Of a stretch of 64,000 nt of DNA, positions 19,324 to 29,075 are shown piece after piece. Position numbers and translations under genes: made by a program. The stretch lies in NCBI GenBank assembly GCA_016180645.1, contig JACPAV010000016.1, positions 62,001-126,000 of the forward strand. Reading direction: 5' to 3'. The notes under the pieces are model-generated. The model was not told the origin of the DNA. It saw only the letters and a list, made by a program, of their open reading frames with translations, and did not search any database. This DNA comes from Nitrospirota bacterium (lineage in GTDB: Bacteria > JACPQY01). Each line of letters starts with the position of its first letter. Within the stretch, counting starts at the first letter, position 1.

Positions 19324-21483
19324 GTGGAACGTCCGGCCACCGTTTCCTTCCCGCAGGTTGTCAAGATCATCGCCAGGCGGAAGGCCATCGTGGTCCTGTC
19401 CTGCGTCATCGGCGTGGCCATGGGAATGTTCCAAGTCCGTTCCAAAGCCCCGACCTATGAGGCCACCGTCGTCATCCAAGTCAAGTCTCCGCCGCCCAGC
19501 GGTCAGGGCGGGTACTTCGAGACCGTCCAGCATTCCGTCGTCCAGGCCTACACGGCTTCGCTCGTGATCACCTCCACTCCCTTTCTGCTGCGGGTCGCCA
19601 AGGAACTTGGGAAGATTCCCCGTGAGATGTCCTGGGACGATGTGAACAAGTCCGACATTCACCTCGGAGTCATCAAGGCGCTCAGGTCCAAGATTACGGC
19701 CAACCAGCGGCGGGGTGAAGGGCCGACGCCGTTCGTCGAGATCACCGCCCATTCCGGAGAACCCGAAGAAGCACGGGATGTCGCGAATACCGCAGGGCGG
19801 GTGTTCATCTCCTATCACCGCGACAACGTGGTCAAGGTGGAGTCCGAAGCTCGCGAGTACCTCGACCAGCAGAAGACGCTCCTCTCCGGCCAGCTCGCAG
19901 AAGCACAGGAAGACCTGCTCCGATTCAAGACCCAGCGGGGCATCGTGGACATCGCTCCCGAACGCCAGCGAGCCATCCAGGAGAGGGTGGACCTGACGTC
20001 CACTCTCGAATCGCTGCAAGGCAAAGAGGAAAAGCTGGATGAAATGGCCGTCCGCTTCTCGGACGACCGCAATACCCACCGAGATGACATCCTGTCCTTG
20101 GGACTGAAAACGGCCGGGGTGGACGTCGGCGCACTCTTCGAATCGCTCCTCCAAGATGTCACCGCGCGGGATGTCCTGATCCAGGATCTGACCCCCGAGC
20201 ACCCGGAGATCATCCAAATCGACCGCCGCGTCTTCAACGGTTTCAAGCGGCTGAAGGACAAGATCCACGAGGATCTGGATCAGGTGCACATTCAGCTGCG
20301 CGGGTGGGAAACTCGGCACGCCGCGCTCCTGAAGGAGGAAACGGAGCTCCTCCAGCTGGAGGCGCACGTGGACATGGTGCGGAAAAGCCTCGAAGGGCTC
20401 GACCAGGAACTCCAGGAGGTGGGCCTCAAGACCATCTACAGCGGCGAGCGCGCCCAGATCATTCAGCCTGCCGTCACGCCCGAGCGTGGATTCCGAAAGC
20501 AGTGGCCGACGTTTGTCACGGCGGGACTGCTCCTGGGATTCGTGATGGGGCTCTTCCTCGCCTTCGTTCGCGAGGCCTTCGACTTCTCCCTTCGGCAGAT
20601 CGAAGAGATCGAGGAACTGCTCAAACTGAGCGTCCTCGGTCTGATCCCCCGCCACACGCCGGGCCGAGGAACTCTCGCGGAAACCTCGCCGAAACCCTAC
20701 GCCCCCTCGATCGTCGAACGGGTCCCCCTGTTGAGCTTCCCCCGATCGCCGGTCTCGGAAAGTTTCCGAACGCTTCGCACCACCGTCCGCCGGATCGAGC
20801 CCGGCCATGAAGTGTACCTCGTGACCAGCGCCAGCCCCCAGGAGGGAAAATCTCTCCTCTCCCTCAACCTTTCCCTGGCCATGGCCCAGATCGGACTGAA
20901 AACGCTCCTCGTTGAGGCCAACATGCGCCGTCCCACCTTGGACAAAGTCATCGGTTTCAAGTCCTCCCCCGGCCTCATTCAAGTCCTCCAGGGAGCGATC
21001 GACTGGCACGAGGCGGTTCGCACACTCCCGGACCTCCTGCTCTCATCATGGACGCTTGATCTGGCGGAGGGGTCGGGGTTGGACCGGTTGGATTTCATTC
21101 CATCCGGAGGAAGCATCCATCATCCGTCCGAACTGATCGAAGACGGGTTCGACAATTTCAAACTGGCCGACGAGTGGCGCAAGGCCTACGACGCGGTCAT
21201 TTTCGACGCGCCTCCCGTGGTGCCGGTCACGGACTCCGCCACGCTGGCCCGCTTCGCCGATCGGATTCTACTCGTCTATCGCATGGGGCGCACGCCTAGA
21301 GACCTCGTCCAACGCGCCAAGAAGAATCTGGAAGCCGCCGGCGGGAAGATACTGGGCGTCATCGTCAATGACGTCGAGTTCCGGGAAATCTCCGTTGGCG
21401 TCGGGTATCGCTACGGCCGGTACTATCATGCCGCGGAGACCACCCCCACGCGATCTTCCCGCCGGCAGAAGAAAGCCGCCTGA
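19324..21483 (+). CDS. Wzc/GumC-type polysaccharide co-polymerase with BY-kinase domain
   Basis: N-terminal TM, long coiled coil, second TM, ESFRTLRT, Walker A TSASPQEGKS, LLVEAN, VIFDAPP, C-terminal Tyr cluster GYRYGRYYH. Confidence 0.9.
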   Translation: MERPATVSFPQVVKIIARRKAIVVLSCVIGVAMGMFQVRSKAPTYEATVVIQVKSPPPSGQGGYFETVQHSVVQAYTASLVITSTPFLLRVAKELGKIPREMSWDDVNKSDIHLGVIKALRSKITANQRRGEGPTPFVEITAHSGEPEEARDVANTAGRVFISYHRDNVVKVESEAREYLDQQKTLLSGQLAEAQEDLLRFKTQRGIVDIAPERQRAIQERVDLTSTLESLQGKEEKLDEMAVRFSDDRNTHRDDILSLGLKTAGVDVGALFESLLQDVTARDVLIQDLTPEHPEIIQIDRRVFNGFKRLKDKIHEDLDQVHIQLRGWETRHAALLKEETELLQLEAHVDMVRKSLEGLDQELQEVGLKTIYSGERAQIIQPAVTPERGFRKQWPTFVTAGLLLGFVMGLFLAFVREAFDFSLRQIEEIEELLKLSVLGLIPRHTPGRGTLAETSPKPYAPSIVERVPLLSFPRSPVSESFRTLRTTVRRIEPGHEVYLVTSASPQEGKSLLSLNLSLAMAQIGLKTLLVEANMRRPTLDKVIGFKSSPGLIQVLQGAIDWHEAVRTLPDLLLSSWTLDLAEGSGLDRLDFIPSGGSIHHPSELIEDGFDNFKLADEWRKAYDAVIFDAPPVVPVTDSATLARFADRILLVYRMGRTPRDLVQRAKKNLEAAGGKILGVIVNDVEFREISVGVGYRYGRYYHAAETTPTRSSRRQKKAA

Positions 21484-21489
21484 AAGAAT

Positions 21490-21693
21490 CGAATCATCGA
21501 GCCATGTGATGATGGAGTCATCGCCGGAGAGTCTCGCCGGCTGGATCCCAACCGCCCCCCACAGCCACTTGATTCCATGACTACATGATCCGATGATTCC
21601 ATTCTTCTAATGGGGTCATGTGGTGATGGGGCCATGGGGGGGGCGGGAAGTCCGCTCGATGGCTCCATGATTACATGATTCCATGACTCCATT
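21490..21693. repeat. Degenerate octamer tandem repeats (GATTCCAT/GACTACAT-like) in inverted blocks
   Basis: e.g. gattccat gactacat gatccgat gattccat; ggctccat gattacat gattccat gactccat. Confidence 0.75.
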
Positions 21694-21711
21694 CCTTCGA
21701 TGTGCTATGTT
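21683..21711 (+). promoter_or_regulatory. Putative promoter of purH (extended -10, near-leaderless)
   Basis: ATGACT-N17-TATGTT with TGn extension, 8 nt before ATG 21720. Confidence 0.45.
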
Positions 21712-21719
21712 CCCTTCCG

Positions 21720-23267
21720 ATGCGGAAGGCACTCCTCAGCGTCTCGGACAAGACGGGGCTGGTCGAATTCGCCCGGGGCCTGACGTCGCTCGGATTCCAT
21801 CTGCTCTCCACCGGCGGCACGGCACGCGTACTCAAGGAAACCGGCATCGAAGTGACGGACGTCGGCACCTACACCGGTTTTCCAGAAATGCTCGACGGCC
21901 GTGTAAAAACACTGCATCCCCGGATACACGCAGGAATTCTGGCCCGCCGCAATCATCCTGACGATCTGGCCGCTCTGAAGCGGAACGATATTCCCACCAT
22001 CGATCTCGTGGCCGTCAACCTCTATCCCTTTGAGGAGAAAGTGCATGGAGGCCACACACCGCTGGACGAGGCGATTGAAGAAATCGACATCGGGGGGCCC
22101 ACCCTGGTCCGGGCCGCCGCGAAGAACTTCGAACACGTCTGCGTGGTGATCGATCCCGCGGATTACCCCGCCGTGCTGGACCGGCTCAAGAAGAATACTC
22201 TGGACCGCGAATTCCGCCTGGCCCTGGCCGGCAGGGTGTTTTCGAGGACCGCCGCCTACGACGCGGCCATTTCCAATTACTTTGCCGAGCGACGCGCGGG
22301 AACCGATCTGCCGGAGACTCTGACGGTTCAACTGAAGAAAATCCAACATTTGCGGTACGGCGAGAACCCGCATCAACGCGGCGGTTCCTATCGATTGCTG
22401 GGCCATACATCCCTCGGCATCCTGGACAGCCGCCAACTCCAGGGCAAGGAACTTTCGTACAACAATCTCGTGGATGCGGAAGTGGCCGCACTTATCGTCA
22501 GGCAGTTTCCCGGCTGCGCCGCCGTCGTGATCAAGCACAACAATCCCTCCGGTGTGGGAACGCATCCCGCCTCCCTCAAGGAAGCCTATGTGAAAGCGCG
22601 CGACACCGATCCGGTGTCCGCCTTCGGAGGCGTCGCCGCCTTCAACACGGATCTCGACCCCGCTACAGCCCAGGAAATGACCAAGACCTTCACGGAGGTG
22701 GTCGTCGCGCCCGGATACGCTCCGGCCGCGTTGGAGGCCCTAAAAACAAAAAAGGATCTCAGAATTCTCGAGTGGAGATCTGAACACGCCCTCTCGCATG
22801 TCCCGCTTGACGTGCGGACGATCGGTGGTGGCGCGCTGGTTCAGGACCTGGACGTGGAGCCGGACGACCCCTCCCACTGGAAAACCGTCACGAAGAGGCC
22901 TCCCTCCGACAAAGAAGTTCAGGCCCTCGTTTTCGGCTGGCGTGTCTGCCGTTTTGTGAAATCCAACGCCATCGTCTTCACGACCACGGATCGCACGCTC
23001 GGCGTGGGCGCGGGGCAGATGTCGCGGGTGGACTCCGTCAAGATCGCAGGCACGAAGATGCGGGAATTCAAGCTGGAAGGCCGGCCTCTGGCCATGGGGT
23101 CGGATGCTTTCTTCCCCTTCAGGGACGGCATCGACGAGGCGGCCAAGATGGGCGTGACGGCCATTGTCCAACCTGGAGGGTCGATTCGCGACTCCGAAGT
23201 CATCGCCGCCGCCGACGAGCACGGCATGGCCATGATGTTCACCGGTCGCCGCCACTTCCGCCACTAG
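21720..23267 (+). CDS. purH: Bifunctional AICAR transformylase/IMP cyclohydrolase
   Basis: [59 protein letters not shown]. Confidence 0.98.
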   Translation: MRKALLSVSDKTGLVEFARGLTSLGFHLLSTGGTARVLKETGIEVTDVGTYTGFPEMLDGRVKTLHPRIHAGILARRNHPDDLAALKRNDIPTIDLVAVNLYPFEEKVHGGHTPLDEAIEEIDIGGPTLVRAAAKNFEHVCVVIDPADYPAVLDRLKKNTLDREFRLALAGRVFSRTAAYDAAISNYFAERRAGTDLPETLTVQLKKIQHLRYGENPHQRGGSYRLLGHTSLGILDSRQLQGKELSYNNLVDAEVAALIVRQFPGCAAVVIKHNNPSGVGTHPASLKEAYVKARDTDPVSAFGGVAAFNTDLDPATAQEMTKTFTEVVVAPGYAPAALEALKTKKDLRILEWRSEHALSHVPLDVRTIGGGALVQDLDVEPDDPSHWKTVTKRPPSDKEVQALVFGWRVCRFVKSNAIVFTTTDRTLGVGAGQMSRVDSVKIAGTKMREFKLEGRPLAMGSDAFFPFRDGIDEAAKMGVTAIVQPGGSIRDSEVIAAADEHGMAMMFTGRRHFRH

Positions 23268-24074
23268 TTGGCCACCCGTTCACTGTTTGAGGCAGCCGGG
23301 CGCCTCCAGGAATGCCACCGGATGCTCGTTTTCACGGGCGCCGGCATTTCCGCGGAGAGCGGCATCCCCACGTTTCGCGGTCAGGGCGGGATCTGGGAAA
23401 AATACGAACCTGAATCCTTCGGAACCCTGCCGGGACTCGGCATGGTCTGGCTCACCCAACCCCAGCGGTTGTTGGAATTCATCGTCGAAGCGATGCAAAC
23501 CTTCCTGCGAGCCGCCCCCAATCCCGCCCATCTCGCCATCGGGGAGGCCGAAAGGAAAGGGAGCGTCCGGGCGATTGTGACGCAGAACATCGACGATCTC
23601 CACGAAAGGGGCGGCTCGCGAACTCTGTACAAACTTCATGGCGACCTCTACACCCTCCGTTGCCTTCGATGCGACGGGCGGGCGAAGTTTGATCGCTCAT
23701 CCGTCCAGGCCATCCTCAACCAACTGGATCAGATGCGCGTCGGGCGGCTCGCCCTGCTCAGGAAACTGTGGGAGATCCTGCCCCGATGTCCATCGTGCGA
23801 GGGACATACCCGGCCGGACGTCGTCTTCTTCGGCGAATCGCTTCCCGAAACAGTGCTGGCCGCCGCTCAGGAGGAGGCCGCGAAGTGCGATGCGCTCCTC
23901 ATCGTCGGAACCTCAGGGGTGGTCTATCCTGCGGCCTTGATCCCGCAAATGGCCGCGCGAAGCGGAGCCTTGATCGTCGAAGTGAACAACGAGGAAACTC
24001 CCTACACCCAGATTTCAAATTATTCGTTCCTCCGCAAAGCCGGAGAGATCGTTCCGAAACTCCTCGGAATGTGA
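23268..24074 (+). CDS. cobB: NAD-dependent deacylase, sirtuin family
   Basis: TGAGISAESGIPTFRG, TQNIDDLH, LHG, CxxC..CxxC, RPDVVFFGE, VGTSGVVYPAA. Confidence 0.93.
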   Translation: MATRSLFEAAGRLQECHRMLVFTGAGISAESGIPTFRGQGGIWEKYEPESFGTLPGLGMVWLTQPQRLLEFIVEAMQTFLRAAPNPAHLAIGEAERKGSVRAIVTQNIDDLHERGGSRTLYKLHGDLYTLRCLRCDGRAKFDRSSVQAILNQLDQMRVGRLALLRKLWEILPRCPSCEGHTRPDVVFFGESLPETVLAAAQEEAAKCDALLIVGTSGVVYPAALIPQMAARSGALIVEVNNEETPYTQISNYSFLRKAGEIVPKLLGM

Positions 24075-24197
24075 TCATGGCATGATGTAGCCATGTAACC
24101 ATGTATTCATGTAATCAAGTGGAAGAGCCGCGTTCCCAAAGACCACGTGATCACATGACCACGTGATTACATGGCCACATGGATACATGATCACATT
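24072..24197. repeat. Octamer tandem repeats in two inverted blocks between convergent genes
   Basis: tagccatg taaccatg tattcatg ... gaccacgt gatcacat gaccacgt gattacat ggccacat ggatacat gatcacat. Confidence 0.8.
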
Positions 24198-24198
24198 C

Positions 24199-25164
24199 CT
24201 AGAAATGAACATCCACCATCACTGAGAAACGGATGTTCTTTTCTCCTTTCAGTTCCCGTTGCACCCCGGCGCCCAAGGTCGCCTTCGGAGCATTCCACGC
24301 GGCTCCGAAGGTGATGCTGTTCTGTGCCTCGGGCTGATCGGGCGGTTTCTCAACCAGATATCCTCCCCGGAAATCCACCTGCTCCTCCAGGGTCAATTGG
24401 AGGGCCGCTCCCCACTGCGTGACCGATTTCTCGAAAGGAACTTCCTTCACGTGGCCGGTGGCCAGAACGTACGGTGGATATTTCGCTGAAATCCCTCCGG
24501 AGATCTCGCGCCGCCCTTCCGGAAAAATGCTCTTCACCTCCACCACATTGTACGCCGCCAAGCCGAGCGCGCCGTATTCGAACGGCGCCCACAGAAAACC
24601 CGCGTCGCCGGTGAAGCCCTCGTGCTTCTCCACGATCTTGTCTCCGATGAAATCGTAGATGTCACGGGTCATCCGAAGGTACTTCACCCCTCCGCCGAGG
24701 TACACACCCTCAAGGAGATCGTAGGACAAGGCCAGGTGTCCGCGGTGAAGCCCCCGGCCTGAGCTGCCGCTTCCCTCGGGCTCGTAGTGCCGCACGTACG
24801 CCACTCCGGCGGCCACCGGCTGCGTTTCCGAGTCGACGATGCTGCCGACAAATTCCCTCTCCCGCCCGGGAACGGTGTTGAAAGCGAAAGCAAGCGCGTA
24901 ACGTTCCCACTGACTCATGCCGGCCGGGTTGGAGGTGATGGCGCTGTTGTCGTCCGCCGCCGCGACCATGGAATTCGCCAGGCCGGCCGGTTTGGAGGTG
25001 ATGAAGTCGCTGGCATCCGCGGCGCTCGTGAGTCGTGAGTGGTAAGTCGCCAGTAGAATGAATGCAGAGACCGCTGTATGCCGGAACCCGTGAAGCCGTG
25101 AAGCCGTGAAGCCGCCGGAGGGAGACGAGCCCGAGAGTGACTGGATCACGGGATCACGATTCAC
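24199..25164 (-). CDS. Putative outer-membrane beta-barrel protein (FadL/PorV-like N-terminus)
   Basis: AGLANSMVAAADDNSAITSNPAG motif, amphipathic strands, C-terminal Phe; start uncertain, 5' end contains 7/8-mer repeats. Confidence 0.6.
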   Translation of the reverse strand: MNRDPVIQSLSGSSPSGGFTASRLHGFRHTAVSAFILLATYHSRLTSAADASDFITSKPAGLANSMVAAADDNSAITSNPAGMSQWERYALAFAFNTVPGREREFVGSIVDSETQPVAAGVAYVRHYEPEGSGSSGRGLHRGHLALSYDLLEGVYLGGGVKYLRMTRDIYDFIGDKIVEKHEGFTGDAGFLWAPFEYGALGLAAYNVVEVKSIFPEGRREISGGISAKYPPYVLATGHVKEVPFEKSVTQWGAALQLTLEEQVDFRGGYLVEKPPDQPEAQNSITFGAAWNAPKATLGAGVQRELKGEKNIRFSVMVDVHF

Positions 25165-25181
25165 GGGGTCACGACCCGGCC

Positions 25182-26201
25182 TCAGCCGAATTCCCGCATC
25201 CCTTCGATGATCTTCGGGAGTAGATTTCCCCGGACGGTCTTGGCCGCAACCTTGATGGCATTCTTCACGGCCAACGCCCTCGACCGACCGTGCGCCTTGA
25301 TCATGAGTCGGTCGAATCCGATCAGCGGTGCTCCGCCGTACTGTTCCCAGTCGGTGACCTGCTTGAGCTGCCTAATGCCGCTGCGGAGGGCCAGAAGTCC
25401 GAATTTCCAGAGGAACTTTTCTTTGAAGGCGTAGTGGGCCAGCCGCATGGCCGTTTCGCTGACCCCCTCAAGCATTTTGACCACGACATTTCCGTAGAAA
25501 CCGGCGCAGACCACCACATCGGCAGTTCCTTTGGGGATGTCCACCCCTTCCACATTTCCGATGAACTGAATCTGCCTGCCGGTTTTCAGAAGCTGGTGCG
25601 CCTCCTTGATCTCCGGCAGTCCTTTCATCTCCTCCGTCCCGTTCGAGAGCAGCGCCACCTTCGGCCTCGCATTGCGGCTGATGATCGAGGCGTACACGCT
25701 TCCCATCACGGCAAACGACACCAGATCTCTCGGCGCAGCCGTCACGGTGGCTCCTACGTCAAGGATCAAGGAGAAGGGATCCTCCTTCTCGCCGCGACGA
25801 ATTTCGGTCGGATACACCGCCGCGAGCGCCGCGCGGGTCACGCCCGGGGCACGGTTGAAATGCTTGGCACAGGCCATGATGGCCGCGCCTGTGTTGCCGG
25901 CCGTCACCATCACCTCGGCGCGCCCTTCCTTCACCACCCTCGCCACCACGTTCATCGAGGCCAGGGGTTTCCGTTCCACCGCCTCCCTGGGTTCCTCATC
26001 CATCCCAATGACCTCGCGAGCGTGCTCCACCTCAATCTGTTTGGGATCGTAGGAAAGGCCGCTCAGGAGGGTCTCGATCCGAGCGCGATCACCGACGAGG
26101 AGGATCTTGTTGTCAGATTCCTGCGAGGCCAGCACGGCCCCGCGGACGATTTCGTCCGGGGCGTGATCCCCTCCCATGGCGTCGACGGCTATGGTCGCCA
26201 T
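25182..26201 (-). CDS. plsX: Phosphate acyltransferase
   Basis: IAVDAMGGDHAP, AGNTGA, LDVGA, FIGNVEG, GGAPLIG, KAHGRS. Confidence 0.95.
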   Translation of the reverse strand: MATIAVDAMGGDHAPDEIVRGAVLASQESDNKILLVGDRARIETLLSGLSYDPKQIEVEHAREVIGMDEEPREAVERKPLASMNVVARVVKEGRAEVMVTAGNTGAAIMACAKHFNRAPGVTRAALAAVYPTEIRRGEKEDPFSLILDVGATVTAAPRDLVSFAVMGSVYASIISRNARPKVALLSNGTEEMKGLPEIKEAHQLLKTGRQIQFIGNVEGVDIPKGTADVVVCAGFYGNVVVKMLEGVSETAMRLAHYAFKEKFLWKFGLLALRSGIRQLKQVTDWEQYGGAPLIGFDRLMIKAHGRSRALAVKNAIKVAAKTVRGNLLPKIIEGMREFG

Positions 26202-26207
26202 CGTCGA

Positions 26208-27632
26208 TCAGCCTTCACTGAACTTCCGCGCCACAATTCTCTGAAGTAAAGCCGGATTCGCTTTGCCCTTCGTCTCTTTCATCGCCTGCCCTACAAAAAA
26301 TTGGAGGAGCTTCGTTTCGCCGGATCGAACCCGCTCCGCCTCTTTCGGAAACTTCGCCACGACGGCCGCAACCACCGTCTCGATATCGCCTTCGTTCGTG
26401 ATCTGCTTGAGGCCCCTTTTCTCGATGATCGTGGGCGCTCTCTGGCCGGATACGACCATCTCCTCCAAAATCTCCTTGCCCATCTTGCCGCTGACTGTAC
26501 CCGATTCGATGGCTTTCAGCAGTTCCGAAAGAGAGGCCGGCGTCACAGGCCCACCCACGATCGGACGATTGTGTTTCCGAAGCATGCCGACCAATTCCAC
26601 GCTCAGCCAGTTGCTGACCGTTTTGGCCTGGGGATGGACGGCCACTGCTTTCTCAAAAAACTCCACGAGATCGAGATCATCAATGAGCGTCTCGGCATCG
26701 GCGGCCGGTAGCCCCAGCGTCTCGACATATCTTCGAAGTTTTTCCAGGGGCAATTCGGGAATCTGAGATCGTACCTCGCCCAACCATGCCTCCGGAATCC
26801 GGATGGGGAGCAAATCCGGATCGGGAAAGTACCGGTAGTCGTGAGCCTCCTCCTTGCTCCGCATCGGACGGGTCTCTGCCGCTTCCGCGTCCCAAAGGCG
26901 GGTTTCCTGAACAATCCGCTCCCCCTGTTCCAAGGCCTTCGCCTGTCTTTGCCGCTCGTACTCCAACGCCAGTTGGACATTGCGGAACGAATTCATATTC
27001 TTGATCTCCACCTTGGTCCCCAGCTTGGAGTCGCCCTCTCGGCGTATGGAGATGTTCGCATCGCAGCGCAGACTTCCCTCCTCCATGTTGCCGTCGCACA
27101 CACCGGTGTACCGCAGGATGTTTCTCAGATTCTTGAGGTACTCGGCGGCCTCTTCGGACGACCGCATCTCCGGTTCGCTGACGATTTCGACCAGCGGCAC
27201 TCCGCACCGGTTGAAGTCGACGAGACTGGCGTTTCGTTCGTGCACCAATTTGCCGGCATCTTCCTCCATGTGCATCCGCACCAAGCCGACTTTCTTCATG
27301 CCTGCTTTCTCACGCACATCCACGTGGCCGCCGGTGGCCAGCGGACTCTCATACTGCGAAATCTGGTAAGCCTTCGGCAGATCGGGGTAGAAATAGTTCT
27401 TCCGCGCCATGATGCTTTCCGGATGGACGCGGCAGCCTGCCGCCGTTGCCGCCTTCATCGCGAGACGCACCGCTTCCCGGTTGATCACCGGAAGCACCCC
27501 CGGCATGCCGAGGCACACGGGACAGACGTTTGAATTCGGAGAATCGCCGAACCGGGTGGAGCAGCCGCAAAAGAGTTTCGTGCGGGTTTTGAGTTGGGCA
27601 TGAACCTCCAGCCCGATGACGGTCTCGAACAT
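26208..27632 (-). CDS. gatB: Asp-tRNA(Asn)/Glu-tRNA(Gln) amidotransferase subunit B
   Basis: VIGLEVHAQL, RKNYFYPDLPK, EEDAGK, LRCDANIS, EIKNMNS, YRYFPDPDL. Confidence 0.98.
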   Translation of the reverse strand: MFETVIGLEVHAQLKTRTKLFCGCSTRFGDSPNSNVCPVCLGMPGVLPVINREAVRLAMKAATAAGCRVHPESIMARKNYFYPDLPKAYQISQYESPLATGGHVDVREKAGMKKVGLVRMHMEEDAGKLVHERNASLVDFNRCGVPLVEIVSEPEMRSSEEAAEYLKNLRNILRYTGVCDGNMEEGSLRCDANISIRREGDSKLGTKVEIKNMNSFRNVQLALEYERQRQAKALEQGERIVQETRLWDAEAAETRPMRSKEEAHDYRYFPDPDLLPIRIPEAWLGEVRSQIPELPLEKLRRYVETLGLPAADAETLIDDLDLVEFFEKAVAVHPQAKTVSNWLSVELVGMLRKHNRPIVGGPVTPASLSELLKAIESGTVSGKMGKEILEEMVVSGQRAPTIIEKRGLKQITNEGDIETVVAAVVAKFPKEAERVRSGETKLLQFFVGQAMKETKGKANPALLQRIVARKFSEG

Positions 27633-27638
27633 ATCCGA

Positions 27639-27667
27639 ACGATATCCGTCGCCTATCGGTGTGTCAA
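27639..27667 (-). promoter_or_regulatory. Sigma70 promoter giving a leaderless gatB mRNA
   Basis: TTGACA-N17-TATCGT-N6-ATG; no Shine-Dalgarno. Confidence 0.7.
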
Positions 27668-27734
27668 CGATGTAGATTCTTGTTTTTGCGGGGATCGGAG
27701 GGCCGAGAGATCAGCCGGGCGGACGGGGGCGGGG

Positions 27735-28004
27735 CTATGCAGCCTTTTTGGTCTCCAGCTTGGTGATTCTCTCCTCGTGATCCTTGAGCTTTGGGGCCAA
27801 GATCTCTATCAGGTGTTCGATCCGGGAGTTGGTCTGCTCGATGCGGGAGTTGGTCTGCTCGATGCGGGAGCTGAGATCCTCCCGCATGGCGGCCATCTCC
27901 CGCCTCACGGACGAGAGCTCGCTCACAATCTGTTCCAGCAAGACGTGAGTGCGGGCTTCTCCGTTCCCCCGCTGACCGTTGGACTTCCGCCGTTTCACAT
28001 CCAC
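27735..28004 (-). CDS. Small coiled-coil protein with heptad repeats (SRIEQTN)
   Basis: 89 aa, GGGAAGG before GTG; 21-bp tandem repeat at 27824-27870. Confidence 0.7.
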   Translation of the reverse strand: MDVKRRKSNGQRGNGEARTHVLLEQIVSELSSVRREMAAMREDLSSRIEQTNSRIEQTNSRIEHLIEILAPKLKDHEERITKLETKKAA

Positions 28005-28085
28005 AGTCTACCTTCCCTATTGAAGCCATTCAACCTTGCACACACCGAAGACCACTATGCCGGCCCCGCAATGCCGGTGATAAAG

Positions 28086-29075
28086 CTACTTGCGGGGAGC
28101 CTTCTTCTGCGATCCAGGAGGGGTGGGGAGCTTGCCGCCCGGAGACGGGGATGGCGGCGCGTTTCCGGGATCTTCGAGAATGCGGATCTTGTCGTCGCCC
28201 CAGTACATCTTGCCCTGCCCCGTTTCAGCGGGGTCGCCGGACTCGGACGAGACGAAGACTTTCATGAGGCCGTCCAGTTCCCAGCCGCGGATGTCTTTCA
28301 GGAGGTCAATCACGAGCGATCTTGGAAACTTCGCTTCCCACCTCCCGCCTCCCTCCTCCCAGTTCACACGGTCCGCCGCAACGGTCCCCTGGAATTTCGT
28401 CGTCGTCGCAAGCAGGCCGGCATTCTGCGGCGCGGAGAGATAGGCAGTAATCCATTTCCCTTCGCTCTTGAAGTTCAGCGTGTCCGGATCCACATCCAAC
28501 TCCACCTTCACCGGCTCCTTCTCCGTCGTCTGAATGATGAGCGTGTTCGACCACACCTCGCCGATCCAGATCCTCGACGGATCACCCAGAGGGGGAACAA
28601 TGTCGGGATTGATTGTCTTGTTTCGAAGGAGCCACCTGGCCCGGTAGGTCATGGCAGGAAAAGAGGGAATCGTGGGGCACTCTGCGAGAAACTCGCAGCT
28701 GGAATCATAGATGGGAGCGGTCCCAAAGAACCGATCCACGTTGGGATAGGTTCGGCTAAACGTCTCGCCCTGCTTGACAAGCGGGTACCAAAACGCAGCC
28801 TGCCGGGGCTCGGCAATTTCTCCGCTAAACCTGGAAACAAGTGGACGTCCCAATGAATCATGGAGTTCGAACTTCTTGGATCCTTGCATGTACAATGAAT
28901 TGTGCGGCGCATAGACGTTCAGCTCGCGATCCATCCCATTGAACACGGAGAAAGTGAGAGCCCACGGGGCACCCGTTCTGACCACCTGGCCGGGAATTGA
29001 AAGCGTTGGTGCAACTGCACTTATCTCTCCGACGAGCGCAGAAGCGGCAACGACAAGGACTGCCGATAGGTTCAT
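28086..29075 (-). CDS. Secreted hypothetical protein (possible immunity/inhibitor partner)
   Basis: ATG 29075 overlaps the upstream TGA (ATGA); signal peptide MNLSAVLVVAASALVGEISA; C-terminal domain VDPDTLNFKSEGKWITAYL. Confidence 0.7.
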   Translation of the reverse strand: MNLSAVLVVAASALVGEISAVAPTLSIPGQVVRTGAPWALTFSVFNGMDRELNVYAPHNSLYMQGSKKFELHDSLGRPLVSRFSGEIAEPRQAAFWYPLVKQGETFSRTYPNVDRFFGTAPIYDSSCEFLAECPTIPSFPAMTYRARWLLRNKTINPDIVPPLGDPSRIWIGEVWSNTLIIQTTEKEPVKVELDVDPDTLNFKSEGKWITAYLSAPQNAGLLATTTKFQGTVAADRVNWEEGGGRWEAKFPRSLVIDLLKDIRGWELDGLMKVFVSSESGDPAETGQGKMYWGDDKIRILEDPGNAPPSPSPGGKLPTPPGSQKKAPRK

